DNA of 64,000 bases, taken from contig NC_092679.1 of the NCBI RefSeq assembly GCF_964355755.1, positions 8,462,201 to 8,526,200 on the forward strand, written 5' to 3'. A model generated the notes under the pieces. That model was not told the origin of the DNA. It saw only the letters and a program-made list of their open reading frames with translations, and made no database searches. The first letter of the stretch is position 1. The number at the start of each line of letters is the position of its first letter. Origin of the DNA: Antedon mediterranea (lineage: Eukaryota > Animalia > Echinodermata). Of this stretch, positions 51,801 to 64,000 are shown piece by piece. A program made the position numbers and the translations under genes.

Positions 51801-54800
51801 GAGAGAGAGATAGATCAGCGAGAGAGATAGATCAGCGAGAGAGAGATAGATCAGCGAGAGGGAGAGATAGATCAGCGATAGAGATATAGATCAGCGAGAG
51901 AGATAGATCAGCGAGAGAGATATAGATCAACGAGAGAGAGATAGATCAGCGAGAGGGATAGATCAGCGAGAGAGAGATAGATTAGCGAGAGAGAGATAGA
52001 TCAGCGAGAGAGAGAGATATAGATCAGAGAGAGAGAGATAGATCAGCGAGAGAGAGATAGATCAGCGAGAGAGAAATAGATTAGCAAGAGAGAGATAGAT
52101 CAGCGAGAGAGAGATAGATCAGCGAGAGAGAGATAGATCAGCGAGAGAGAGATAAATCAGCGAGAGAGAGATAGATCAGTGAGAGAGAGATAGATAGATC
52201 AGCGAGAGAGAGATAGATAGATCAGCGAGAGAGAGATAGATCAGCGAGAGAGATATAGATCAGCGAGAGAAAGATAGATCAGCGAGAGATAGATAGATCA
52301 GCGAGAGAGAGAGAGATAGATCAGCAAGAAAGAGATAGATCAGCGAGAGTGAGAGAGATAGATCAGCGAGAGCGAGATAGATTAGCGAGAGAGAGATAGA
52401 TCAGCGAGAGAGAGATAGATCAGCGAGAGAGAGAGAGATAGATCAGCGAGAAAGAGATAGATCAGCGAGAGAGATAGATAGATCAGCGAGAGATAGATAG
52501 ATCAGCGAGAGAGAGAGAGAGATAGATCAGCAAGAGAGAGATAGATCAGCGAGAGAGAGAGATAGATCAGCGAGAGCGAGATAGATTAGCGAGAGAGAGA
52601 TAGATCAGCGAGAGAGAGATAGATCAGCGAGAGAGAGAGAGATAGATCAGCGAGAAAGAGATAGATCAGCGAGAGAGATAGATAGATCAGCGAGAAAGAG
52701 ATAGATCAGCGAGAGAGAGAGAGAGAGATAGATCAGCGAGAGAGAGAGAGAGAGAGAGAGATAGATCAGCGAGAGAGAGAGAGATAGATCAGCGAGAGAG
52801 AGATAGATCAGCGAGAGAGAGATAGATCAGCGAGAGGGAGAGATAGATCAGCGAGAGAGAGATAGATCAGCGAGAGAGAGATAGATCAGCGAGAGAGAGA
52901 TAGATCAGCGAGAGAGAGAGAGAGAGAGATCAGCGAGAAAGAGATAGATCAGCGAGAGAGAGATAGATCAGCTAGAGAGAGAGAGATAGATCAGCGATAT
53001 AGAGAAAGATCAGCGAGAGAGAGATAGATCAGCGACAGAGAGATAGATCAGCGAGAGAGAGATAGATCAGCGACAGAGATATAGATCAGCGAGAGAGAGA
53101 TAGATCAGCGAAAGATAGATAGATCAGCGAGAGAGAGAGAGAGATAGATCAGCAAGAGAGAGATAGATCAGCAAGAGAGAGATAGATCAGCGAGAGAGAG
53201 AGATAGATCAGCGAGAGCGAGATAGATTAGCGAGAGAGAGATAGATCAGCGAGAGAGAGATAGATCAGCGAGAGAGAGAGATAGATCAGCGAGAAAAAGA
53301 TAGATCAGCGAGAGAGATAGATAGATCAGCGAGAGAGAGAGATAGATCAGCGAGAGAGAGAGAGATAGATCAGCGAGAGAGAGAGATATAGATCAGCGAG
53401 AGAGAGATAGATAAGCGAGAGGGAGAGATAGATCAGCGAGAGAGAGATAGATCAGCGAGAGAGAGAGAGAGATCAGCGAGAGAGAGAGAGATAGATAGGC
53501 GAGAGAGAGATAGATCAGCGAGAGAGAGAGATAGATCAGCGAGAGAGAGATAGATCAGCGAGAGAGAAAAAGATCAGCGAGAGAGAGATAGATCAGCGAC
53601 AGAGAGATAGATCAGTGAGAGAGAGATAGATCAGCGAGAGAGATATAGATCAGCGAGAGAGATAGATCAGCGAGAGAGAGAGATAGATCAGCGAGAGAGA
53701 GAAAGATCAGCGAGAGAGAGATAGATCAGCGAGAGAGAGATAGATCAGCGAGAGGGAGAGATAGATCAGCGAGAGGGAGAGATAGATCAGCGAGAGAGAG
53801 AGAGGTCAGCGAGAGAGATCAGCGAGAGAGAGACAGATAGATCAGCGAGAGAGAGACAGATAGATCAGCGAGAGAGAGTGAGAGAGATAGATCAGCGAGA
53901 GAGAGAGAGAGAGATAGATCAGCGAGAAAGAGAGATAGATCAGCGAGAGAGAGATAGATCAGCGAGAGAGAAAAAGATCAGCGAGAGAGAGATAGATCAG
54001 CGACAGAGAGATAGATCAGCGAGAGAGAGAGATAGATCAGCGAGAGAAATATAGATCAGCGAGAGAGATAGATCAGCGAGAGAGAGATAGATCAGCGAGA
54101 GAGAGAAAGATCAGCGAGAGAGAGATAGATCAGCGAGAGAGAGATAGATCAGCGAGAGAGATAGATCAGCGAGAGAGAGAGATAGATTAGCGAGAGAGAG
54201 AGAGAGATAGATCAGCGAGAGAGATAGATCAGCGAGAGAGAGATAGATAAGCGAGAGAGAGATAGATTAGCGAGAGAGAGATAGATCAGCAAGAGAGAGA
54301 GATAGATCAGCGAGAGAGAGAAAGATCAGCGAGAGAGAGATAGATCAGCGAGAGAGAGATAGATCAGCGAGAGAGAGAGAAATAGATCAGCGCGAGAGAA
54401 AGAGATAGATCAGCGAGAGAGATAGATCAGCGAGAGAGAGATAGATAAGCGAGAGAGATATAGATTATAGCGAGAGAGAGATAGATCAGCGAGAGAGAGA
54501 CAGATAGATCAGCGAGAGAGAGTGAGAGAGATAGATCAGCGAGAGAGGGTGAGAGAGATAGATCAGCGAGAGAGAGATAGATCAGCGAGAGAGAGAGATA
54601 GATAGATCAGCGAGAGAAAGATAGATAGATCAGCGAGAGAGAGAGAGGGATAAGCGAGAGAGAAATAGATAGATCAGCGAGAGAGAGATAGGTCAGCGAG
54701 AGAGAGATAGATCAGCTAGAGAGATAGATAGATCAGCGAGAGAGAGATAGATCAGCGAAAGAGAGAGAGAGAGAGAGAGATAGATCAGCGAGAGAGAGAG

Positions 54801-57800
54801 AGAGATAGATCAGCGAGAGAGAGATAGATCAGCGAGAGAGAGATAGATCAGCGAGAGGTAGAGATAGATCAGCGAGAGAGAGATAGATCAGCGAGAGAGA
54901 TAGATCAGCGAGAGAGAGATAGATCAGCGAGAGAGAGATAGATCAGCGAGAGAGAGATAGATCAGCGAGAGAGAGAGAGAGATAGATCAGCGAGAGAGAG
55001 AAAGATCAGCGAGAGAGAGATAGGTCAGCAACAGAGAGATAGATCAGCGAGAGAGAAAAAGATCAGCGAGAGAGAGATAGATCAGCGAGAGAGAGAGATA
55101 GATCAGCGCGAGAGAGAGATAGATCAGCGAGAGAGATAGATCAGCGAGAGAGAGATAGATAAGCGAGAGAGATATAGATTAGCGAGAGAGAGATAGATCA
55201 CCGAGAGAGAGATAGATCAGCGAGAGAGAGAGATAGATCAGCGCGAGAGAAAGAGATAGATCAGCGAGAGAGATAGATCAGCGAGAGAGAGATAGATAAG
55301 CGAGAGAGATATAGATTATAGCGAGAGAGAGATAGATCAGCGAGAGAGAGACAGATAGATCAGCGAGAGAGAGTGAGAGAGATAGATCAGCGAGAGAGAG
55401 AGAGAGAGAGATAGATCAGCGAGAAAGAGAGATAGATCAGCGAGAGAGAGATAGATCAGCGAGAGAGAAAAAGATCAGCGAGAGAGAGATAGATCAGCGA
55501 CAGAGAGATAGATCAGCGAGAGAGAGATAGATCAGCGAGAGAGATATAGATCAGCGAGAGAGATAGATCAGCGAGAGAGAGATAGATCAGCGAGAGAGAG
55601 AAAGATCAGCAAGAGAGAGATAGATCAGCGAGAGAGAGATAGATCAGCGAGAGAGATAGATCAGCGAGAGAGAGAGATAGATTAGCGAGAGAGAGAGAGA
55701 GAGATAGATCAGCGAGAGAGATAGATCAGCGAGAGAGAGATAGATTAGCGAGAGAGAGATAGATCAGCGAGAGAGAGATAGATCAGCGAGAGAGAGAGAG
55801 AGAGAGATAGATCAGCGAGAAAGAGATAGATCAGCGAGAGAGATAGATAGATCAGCGAGAGAGAGATAGATCAGCGAGAGAGAGAGAAAGATAGATCAGC
55901 GAGAGAGAGAGAGAGAGAGAGAGATAGATCAGCGAGAGAGAGAGATAGATCAGCGAGAGATAGATAGATCAGCGAGAGAGAGATAGATCAGCGAGATAGA
56001 GAAAGATCAGCGAGAGAGAGATAGATCAGTGACAGAGAGATAAATCAGCGAGAGAGAGATAGATCAGCAAGAGATATATAGATCAGCGAGAGAGAGAGAT
56101 AGATCAGCGAGAGATCGATAGATCAGCGAAAGAGAGAGAGATAGATCAGCAAGAGAGAGATAGATCAGCGAGAGAGAGAGATAGATCAGCGAGAACGAGA
56201 TAGATTAGCGAGAGAGAGATAGATCAGCAAGAGAGAGATAGATCAGCGAGAGAGAGAGAGAGATAGATCAGCGAGAGAGAGATAGATCAGCGAGAGAGAT
56301 AGATAGATCAGCGAGAGAGAGATAGATCAGCGAGAGAGAGAGAGATAGATCAGCGAGAGAGAGAGATAGATCAGCGAGAGAAAGATAAATCAGCGAGAGA
56401 GAGATAGATCAGCGAGAGGGAGAGATAGATCAGCGAGAGAGATATAGATCAGCAAGAGAGAGATAGATCAGCGAGAGAGAGATAGATCAGCGAGAGAGAG
56501 ATAGATCAGCGAGAGAAAGAGATAGATCAGCGAGAGAGAGAGATAGATCAGCGAGAGAGAGAAAGATCAGCGAGAGAGAGATAGATCAGCGACAGAGAGA
56601 TAGATCAGCGAGAGAGAGATAGATCAGCGAGAGAGATATATATCAGCGAGAGAGATAGATCAGCGAGAAAGAGATAGATCAGCGAGAGAGAAAGAAAGAT
56701 CAGCAAGAGAGAGATAGATCAGCGAGAGAGAGATAGATCAGCGAGAGAGATAGATCAGCGAGAGAGAGAGAGATAGATCAGCGAGCGAGAGAGAGAGATA
56801 GATCAGCGAGAGAGAGATAGATCAGCGAGAGAGAGATAGATAAGCGAGAGAGAGATAGATTAGCGAGAGAGAGATAGATCAGCGAGAGAGATAGATCAGC
56901 GAGAGAGAGAGAGATCAGCGAGAGAGAGAGATAGATCAGCGAGAGAGAGATAGATCAGCGAGAGAGAGATAGATAGATCAGCGAGAGGGAGATAGATAGA
57001 TCAGCGAGAGAGAGATAGATCAGCGAAAGAGAGATAGATAGATCAGCGAGAGAGAGATAGATCAGCGAGAGAGATAGATCAGCGAGAGAGAGATAGATAG
57101 CTGAGCGAGAGAGAGATAGATCAGCGAGAGAGAGATAGATCAGCGAGAGAGAGAGATAGATCAGCGAGAGAGAGATAGATCAGCGAGAGAGAGATAGATA
57201 GATCAGCGAGAGAGAGATAGATAGATCAGCGAGAAAGAGATAGATAGATCAGCGAGAGAGGGATAGATAGATCAGCGAGAGAGAGATAGATAGATCAGCG
57301 AGAGAGAAATAGATGAGCGAGAGAGATAGATCAGCGAGAGAGATAGATAGATCAGCGAGAGAGAGATAGATCAGCGAGAGAGAGAGAGAGAGATAGATAG
57401 ATCAGCGAGAGAAAGAAATAGATCAGCGAGAGAGAGATAGATCAGCGAGAGAGAGATAGATCAGCGAGAAGGAAAGATAGATCAGAGCGAGAGAGAGATA
57501 GATCAGCGAGAGAGAGAGATAGATCAGCGAGAGAGATAGATCAGCGAGAGAGGGATAGATCAGCGAGAGAGAGATAGATCAGCTAGAGAGAGAGATGGAT
57601 CAGCGAGAGAGAGAGAGAGATAGATCAGCGAGATAGAGAAAGATCTGCGAGAGAGAGATTGATCAGCGACAGAGAGATAGATCAGCGAGAGAGAGATAGA
57701 TAAGCGAGAGAGAGATAGATTAGCGAGAGAGAGATAGATAAGCAAGAGAGAGAGATAGATCAGCGAGAGAGAGAAAGATCAGCGAGAGAGAGATAGATCA

Positions 57801-60800
57801 GCGAGAGAGAGAGATAGATCAGCGAGAGAGATAGATCAGCGAGAGAGAGATAGATCAGCGAGAGAGAGATAGATCAGCTAGAGAGAGAGATGGATCAGCG
57901 AGAGAGAGAGAGAGATAGATCAGCAAGATAGAGAAAGATCTGCGAGAGAGAGATTGATCAGCGACAGAGAGATAGATCAGCGAGAGAGAGATAGATAAGC
58001 GAGAGAGAGATAGATTAGCGAGAGAGAGATAGATCAGCAAGAGAGAGAGATAGATCAGCGAGAGAGAGAAAGATCAGCGAGAGAGAGATAGATCAGCGAG
58101 AGAGAGAGAGAGAGATAGATCAGCGAGAGAGAGATAGATCAGCGAGAGAGAGATAGATCAGCGAGAGAGAGATAGATTAGCGAGAGAGAGATAGATCAGC
58201 GAGAAAGAGATAGATCAGCGAGAGAGAGAGATCAGCGAGAGAGAGAGATAGATCAGCGAGAGAGAGATAGATCAGCGAGAGAGAGATAAATCAGCGAGAG
58301 ATATAGATCAGCGAGAGAGAGATAGATCAGCGAGAGAGAGATAGATCAGCGAGAGAGAGATAGATCAGCGAGAGAGAGAGATGGATCAGCGATAGAGAGA
58401 GATAGATCAGCGAGATAGAGAAAGATCTGCGAGAGAGAGATTGATCAGCGAGAGAGAGATAGATCAGCGAGAGAGATAGATAGATCAGCGAGAGAGAGAT
58501 AGATCAGCGAGAGAGAGAGAGAGAGAGATAGATCAGAGAGAGGGAGAGATAGATCAGCGATAGAGATATAGATCATCAGCGAGAGAGATAGATCAGCGAG
58601 AGAGATATAGATCAACGAGAGAGAGATAGATCAGCGAGAGAGATAGATCAGCGAGAGAGAGATAGATCAGCGAGAGAGAGATAGATCTGCGAGAGAGAGA
58701 TAGATCAGCTAGAGAGAGATAGATAGATCAGCGAGAGAGATAGATCAGCGAGAGAGATACAGATCAGCGAGAGAGAGATAGATCAGCGAGAGATAGATAG
58801 ATCAGCGAGAGAGAGAGAGAGATAGATCAGCAAGAAAGAGATAGACCAGCGAGAGAGAGATAGAATCAGCGAGAGAGAGAGAGAGATAGATCAGCGAGAG
58901 AGATAGATCAGCGAGAGAGAGATAGATCAGCGAGAGGGAGAGATAGATCAGCGATAGAGATATAGATCAGCGAGAGAGATAGATCAGCGAGAGAGATATA
59001 GATCAACGAGAGAGAGATAGATCAGCGAGAGAGATAGATCAGCGAGAGAGAGAATGATCAGCGAGAGAGAGATAGATCAGTGAGAGAGAGATAGATCAGC
59101 GAGAGAGAGATAGATTAGCGAGAGAGAGATAGATCAGCGAGAGAGAGAGATATAGATCAGAGAGAGAGAGATAGATCAGCGAGAGAGAGATAGATCAGCG
59201 AGAGAGAAATAGATTAGCAAGAGAGAGATAGATCAGCGAGAGAGAGATAGATCAGCGAGAGAGAGATAGATCAGCGAGAGAGAGATAAATCAGCGAGAGA
59301 GAGATAGATCAGCGAGAGAGAGATAGATAGATCAGCGAAAGAGAGATAGATAGATCAGCGAGAGAGAGATAGATCAGCGAGAGAGATATAGATCAGCGAG
59401 AGAAAGATAGATCAGCGAGAGATAGATAGATCAGCGAGAGAGAGATAGATCAGCAAGAAAGAGATAGATCAGCGAGAGTGAGAGAGATAGATCAGCGAGA
59501 GCGAGATAGATTAGCGAGAGAGAGATAGATCAGCGAGAGAGAGATAGATCAGCGAGAGAGAGAGAGATAGATCAGCGAGAAAGAGATAGATCAGCGAGAG
59601 AGATAGATAGATCAGCGAGAGATAGATAGATCAGCGAGAGAGAGAGAGAGATAGATCAGCAAGAGAGAGATAGATCAGCGAGAGAGAGAGATAGATCAGC
59701 GAGAGCGAGATAGATTAGCGAGAGAGAGATAGATCAGCGAGAGAGAGATAGATCAGCGAGAGAGAGAGAGAGATAGATCAGCGAGAAAGAGATAGATCAG
59801 CGAGAGAGATAGATAGATCAGCGAGAAAGAGATAGATCAGCGAGAGAGAGAGAGAGAGATAGATCAGCGAGAGAGAGAGAGAGAGAGAGAGATAGATCAG
59901 CGAGAGAGAGAGAGATAGATCAGCGAGAGAGAGATAGATCAGCGAGAGAGAGATAGATCAGCGAGAGAGAGATAGATCAGCGAGAGAAAGAGATAGATCA
60001 GCGAGAGAGAGAGATAGATCAGCGAGAGAGAGAAAGATCAGCGAGAGAGAGATAGATCAGCGACAGAGAGATAGATCAGCGAGAGAGAGATAGATCAGCG
60101 AGAGAGATATATATCAGCGAGAGAGATAGATCAGCGAGAAAGAGATAGATCAGCGAGAGAGAAAGAAAGATCAGCAAGAGAGAGATAGATCAGCGAGAGA
60201 GAGATAGATCAGCGAGAGAGATAGATCAGCGAGAGAGAGAGAGATAGATCAGCGAGCGAGAGAGAGAGATAGATCAGCGAGAGAGAGATAGATCAGCGAG
60301 AGAGAGATAGATAAGCGAGAGAGAGATAGATTAGCGAGAGAGAGATAGATCAGCGAGAGAGATAGATCAGCGAGAGAGAGAGAGATCAGCGAGAGAGAGA
60401 GATAGATCAGCGAGAGAGAGATAGATCAGCGAGAGAGAGATAGATAGATCAGCGAGAGGGAGATAGATAGATCAGCGAGAGAGAGATAGATCAGCGAAAG
60501 AGAGATAGATAGATCAGCGAGAGAGAGATAGATCAGCGAGAGAGATAGATCAGCGAGAGAGAGATAGATAGCTGAGCGAGAGAGAGATAGATCAGCGAGA
60601 GAGAGATAGATCAGCGAGAGAGAGAGATAGATCAGCGAGAGAGAGATAGATCAGCGAGAGAGAGATAGATAGATCAGCGAGAGAGAGATAGATAGATCAG
60701 CGAGAAAGAGATAGATAGATCAGCGAGAGAGGGATAGATAGATCAGCGAGAGAGAGATAGATAGATCAGCGAGAGAGAAATAGATGAGCGAGAGAGATAG

Positions 60801-63800
60801 ATCAGCGAGAGAGATAGATAGATCAGCGAGAGAGAGATAGATCAGCGAGAGAGAGAGAGAGAGATAGATAGATCAGCGAGAGAAAGAAATAGATCAGCGA
60901 GAGAGAGATAGATCAGCGAGAGAGAGATAGATCAGCGAGAAGGAAAGATAGATCAGAGCGAGAGAGAGATAGATCAGCGAGAGAGAGAGATAGATCAGCG
61001 AGAGAGATAGATCAGCGAGAGAGGGATAGATCAGCGAGAGAGAGATAGATCAGCTAGAGAGAGAGATGGATCAGCGAGAGAGAGAGAGAGATAGATCAGC
61101 GAGATAGAGAAAGATCTGCGAGAGAGAGATTGATCAGCGACAGAGAGATAGATCAGCGAGAGAGAGATAGATAAGCGAGAGAGAGATAGATTAGCGAGAG
61201 AGAGATAGATAAGCAAGAGAGAGAGATAGATCAGCGAGAGAGAGAAAGATCAGCGAGAGAGAGATAGATCAGCGAGAGAGAGAGATAGATCAGCGAGAGA
61301 GATAGATCAGCGAGAGAGAGATAGATCAGCGAGAGAGAGATAGATCAGCTAGAGAGAGAGATGGATCAGCGAGAGAGAGAGAGAGATAGATCAGCGAGAT
61401 AGAGAAAGATCTGCGAGAGAGAGATTGATCAGCGACAGAGAGATAGATCAGCGAGAGAGAGATAGATAAGCGAGAGAGAGATAGATTAGCGAGAGAGAGA
61501 TAGATCAGCAAGAGAGAGAGATAGATCAGCGAGAGAGAGAAAGATCAGCGAGAGAGAGATAGATCAGCGAGAGAGAGAGAGAGAGATAGATCAGCGAGAG
61601 AGAGATAGATCAGCGAGAGAGAGATAGATCAGCGAGAGAGAGATAGATTAGCGAGAGAGAGATAGATCAGCGAGAAAGAGATAGATCAGCGAGAGAGAGA
61701 GATCAGCGAGAGAGAGAGATAGATCAGCGAGAGAGAGATAGATCAGCGAGAGAGAGATAAATCAGCGAGAGATATAGATCAGCGAGAGAGAGATAGATCA
61801 GCGAGAGAGAGATAGATCAGCGAGAGAGAGATAGATCAGCGAGAGAGAGAGATGGATCAGCGATAGAGAGAGATAGATCAGCGAGATAGAGAAAGATCTG
61901 CGAGAGAGAGATTGATCAGCGAGAGAGAGATAGATCAGCGAGAGAGATAGATAGATCAGCGAGAGAGAGATAGATCAGCGAGAGAGAGAGAGAGAGAGAT
62001 AGATCAGAGAGAGGGAGAGATAGATCAGCGATAGAGATATAGATCATCAGCGAGAGAGATAGATCAGCGAGAGAGATATAGATCAACGAGAGAGAGATAG
62101 ATCAGCGAGAGAGATAGATCAGCGAGAGAGAGATAGATCAGCGAGAGAGAGATAGATCTGCGAGAGAGAGATAGATCAGCTAGAGAGAGATAGATAGATC
62201 AGCGAGAGAGATAGATCAGCGAGAGAGATACAGATCAGCGAGAGAGAGATAGATCAGCGAGAGATAGATAGATCAGCGAGAGAGAGAGAGAGATAGATCA
62301 GCAAGAAAGAGATAGACCAGCGAGAGAGAGATAGAATCAGCGAGAGAGAGAGAGAGATAGATCAGCGAGAGAGATAGATCAGCGAGAGAGAGATAGATCA
62401 GCGAGAGGGAGAGATAGATCAGCGATAGAGATATAGATCAGCGAGAGAGATAGATCAGCGAGAGAGATATAGATCAACGAGAGAGAGATAGATCAGCGAG
62501 AGAGATAGATCAGCGAGAGAGAGAATGATCAGCGAGAGAGAGATAGATCAGTGAGAGAGAGATAGATCAGCGAGAGAGAGATAGATTAGCGAGAGAGAGA
62601 TAGATCAGCGAGAGAGAGAGATATAGATCAGAGAGAGAGAGATAGATCAGCGAGAGAGAGATAGATCAGCGAGAGAGAAATAGATTAGCAAGAGAGAGAT
62701 AGATCAGCGAGAGAGAGATAGATCAGCGAGAGAGAGATAGATCAGCGAGAGAGAGATAAATCAGCGAGAGAGAGATAGATCAGCGAGAGAGAGATAGATA
62801 GATCAGCGAAAGAGAGATAGATAGATCAGCGAGAGAGAGATAGATCAGCGAGAGAGATATAGATCAGCGAGAGAAAGATAGATCAGCGAGAGATAGATAG
62901 ATCAGCGAGAGAGAGATAGATCAGCAAGAAAGAGATAGATCAGCGAGAGTGAGAGAGATAGATCAGCGAGAGCGAGATAGATTAGCGAGAGAGAGATAGA
63001 TCAGCGAGAGAGAGATAGATCAGCGAGAGAGAGAGAGATAGATCAGCGAGAAAGAGATAGATCAGCGAGAGAGATAGATAGATCAGCGAGAGATAGATAG
63101 ATCAGCGAGAGAGAGAGAGAGATAGATCAGCAAGAGAGAGATAGATCAGCGAGAGAGAGAGATAGATCAGCGAGAGCGATATAGATTAGCGAGAGAGAGA
63201 TAGATCAGCGAGAGAGAGATAGATCAGCGAGAGAGAGAGAGAGATAGATCAGCGAGAAAGAGATAGATCAGCGAGAGAGATAGATAGATCAGCGAGAAAG
63301 AGATAGATCAGCGAGAGAGAGAGAGAGAGATAGATCAGCGAGAGAGAGAGAGAGAGAGAGAGATAGATCAGCGAGAGAGAGAGAGATAGATCAGCGAGAG
63401 AGAGATAGATCAGCGAGAGAGAGAGATAGATCAGCGAGAGGGAGAGATAGATCAGCGAGAGAGAGATAGATCAGCGAGAGAGAGATAGATCAGCGAGAGA
63501 GAGATAGATCAGCGAGAGAGAGAGAGAGAGAGATCAGCGAGAAAGAGATAGATCAGCGAGAGAGAGATAGATCAGCTAGAGAGAGAGAGATAGATCAGCG
63601 ATATAGAGAAAGATCAGCGAGAGAGAGATAGATCAGCGACAGAGAGATAGATCAGCGAGAGAGAGATAGATCAGCGACAGAGATATAGATCAGCGAGAGA
63701 GAGATAGATCAGCGAAAGATAGATAGATCAGCGAGAGAGAGAGAGATAGATCAGCAAGAGAGAGATAGATCAGCAAGAGAGAGATAGATCAGCGAGAGAG

Positions 63801-64000
63801 AGAGATAGATCAGCGAGAGCGAGATAGATTAGCGAGAGAGAGATAGATCAGCGAGAGAGAGATAGATCAGCGAGAGAGAGAGATAGATCAGCGAGAAAGA
63901 GATAGATCAGCGAGAGAGATAGATAGATCAGCGAGAGAGAGAGATAGATCAGCGAGAGAGAGAGAGAGATAGATCAGCGAGAGAGAGAGATATAGATCAG
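18154..64000. repeat. Giant compound minisatellite/satellite, unit (GA)nTAGATCAGC (modal n=5, 19 bp), >45.8 kb, running off the window
   Basis: Uninterrupted head-to-tail array with the same orientation throughout (e.g. period 19 at 18901/18920/18939). About 2,300 units by length estimate. Confidence 0.99.

Noticed and set aside
18154-64000. CRISPR-like array or repeat-protein gene (REREIDQRE / SLSLIYLSL ORFs)
   Set aside because: The 'spacers' are only variable-length GA runs, there are no cas genes and the context is eukaryotic. TAG stops occur in nearly every unit, so the short ORFs are by-products of the repeat.

Overview
Eukaryotic, AT-rich, metazoan-type DNA made up entirely of repeats; no host gene is recognisable. 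A marine invertebrate origin is my inference from the element types and TAGGCCTA-rich tracts. In order: (1) 1-1124 is the 5' end of a Ty3/Gypsy LTR retrotransposon on the minus strand (frameshifted gag, tRNA-Arg PBS, LTR). (2) 1192-7725 is a near-complete 6.5-kb Academ (AcademX-type) DNA transposon with CAG...CTG TIRs, encoding a ~1,540-aa DDE transposase fused to an XPG/FEN1-like nuclease. It has two N-terminal frameshifts and an acidic tail where the Cys8 finger usually sits. (3) That element appears nested in an older, heavily decayed Academ-like element in the opposite orientation (~1124-11096). (4) 11097-12225 is a foldback/MITE with perfect 80-bp TIRs but no TSD. (5) 12226-13035 is the 5' piece of a THAP-encoding, Kolobok-like element ending at TTAA. 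(6) 13036-15345 is an 87-bp satellite. (7) 15646-16740 is a 5'-truncated L2-group (Crack-like) LINE. (8) From 18154 to the window end runs a >45-kb purine-rich minisatellite, modal unit (GA)5TAGATCAGC. Rare variant units reveal nested duplications at 0.3, 1.2, 2.2, 2.5, 3.5, 4.8 and ~10.5 kb offsets. All family assignments come from motif recognition by eye, not from database searches.
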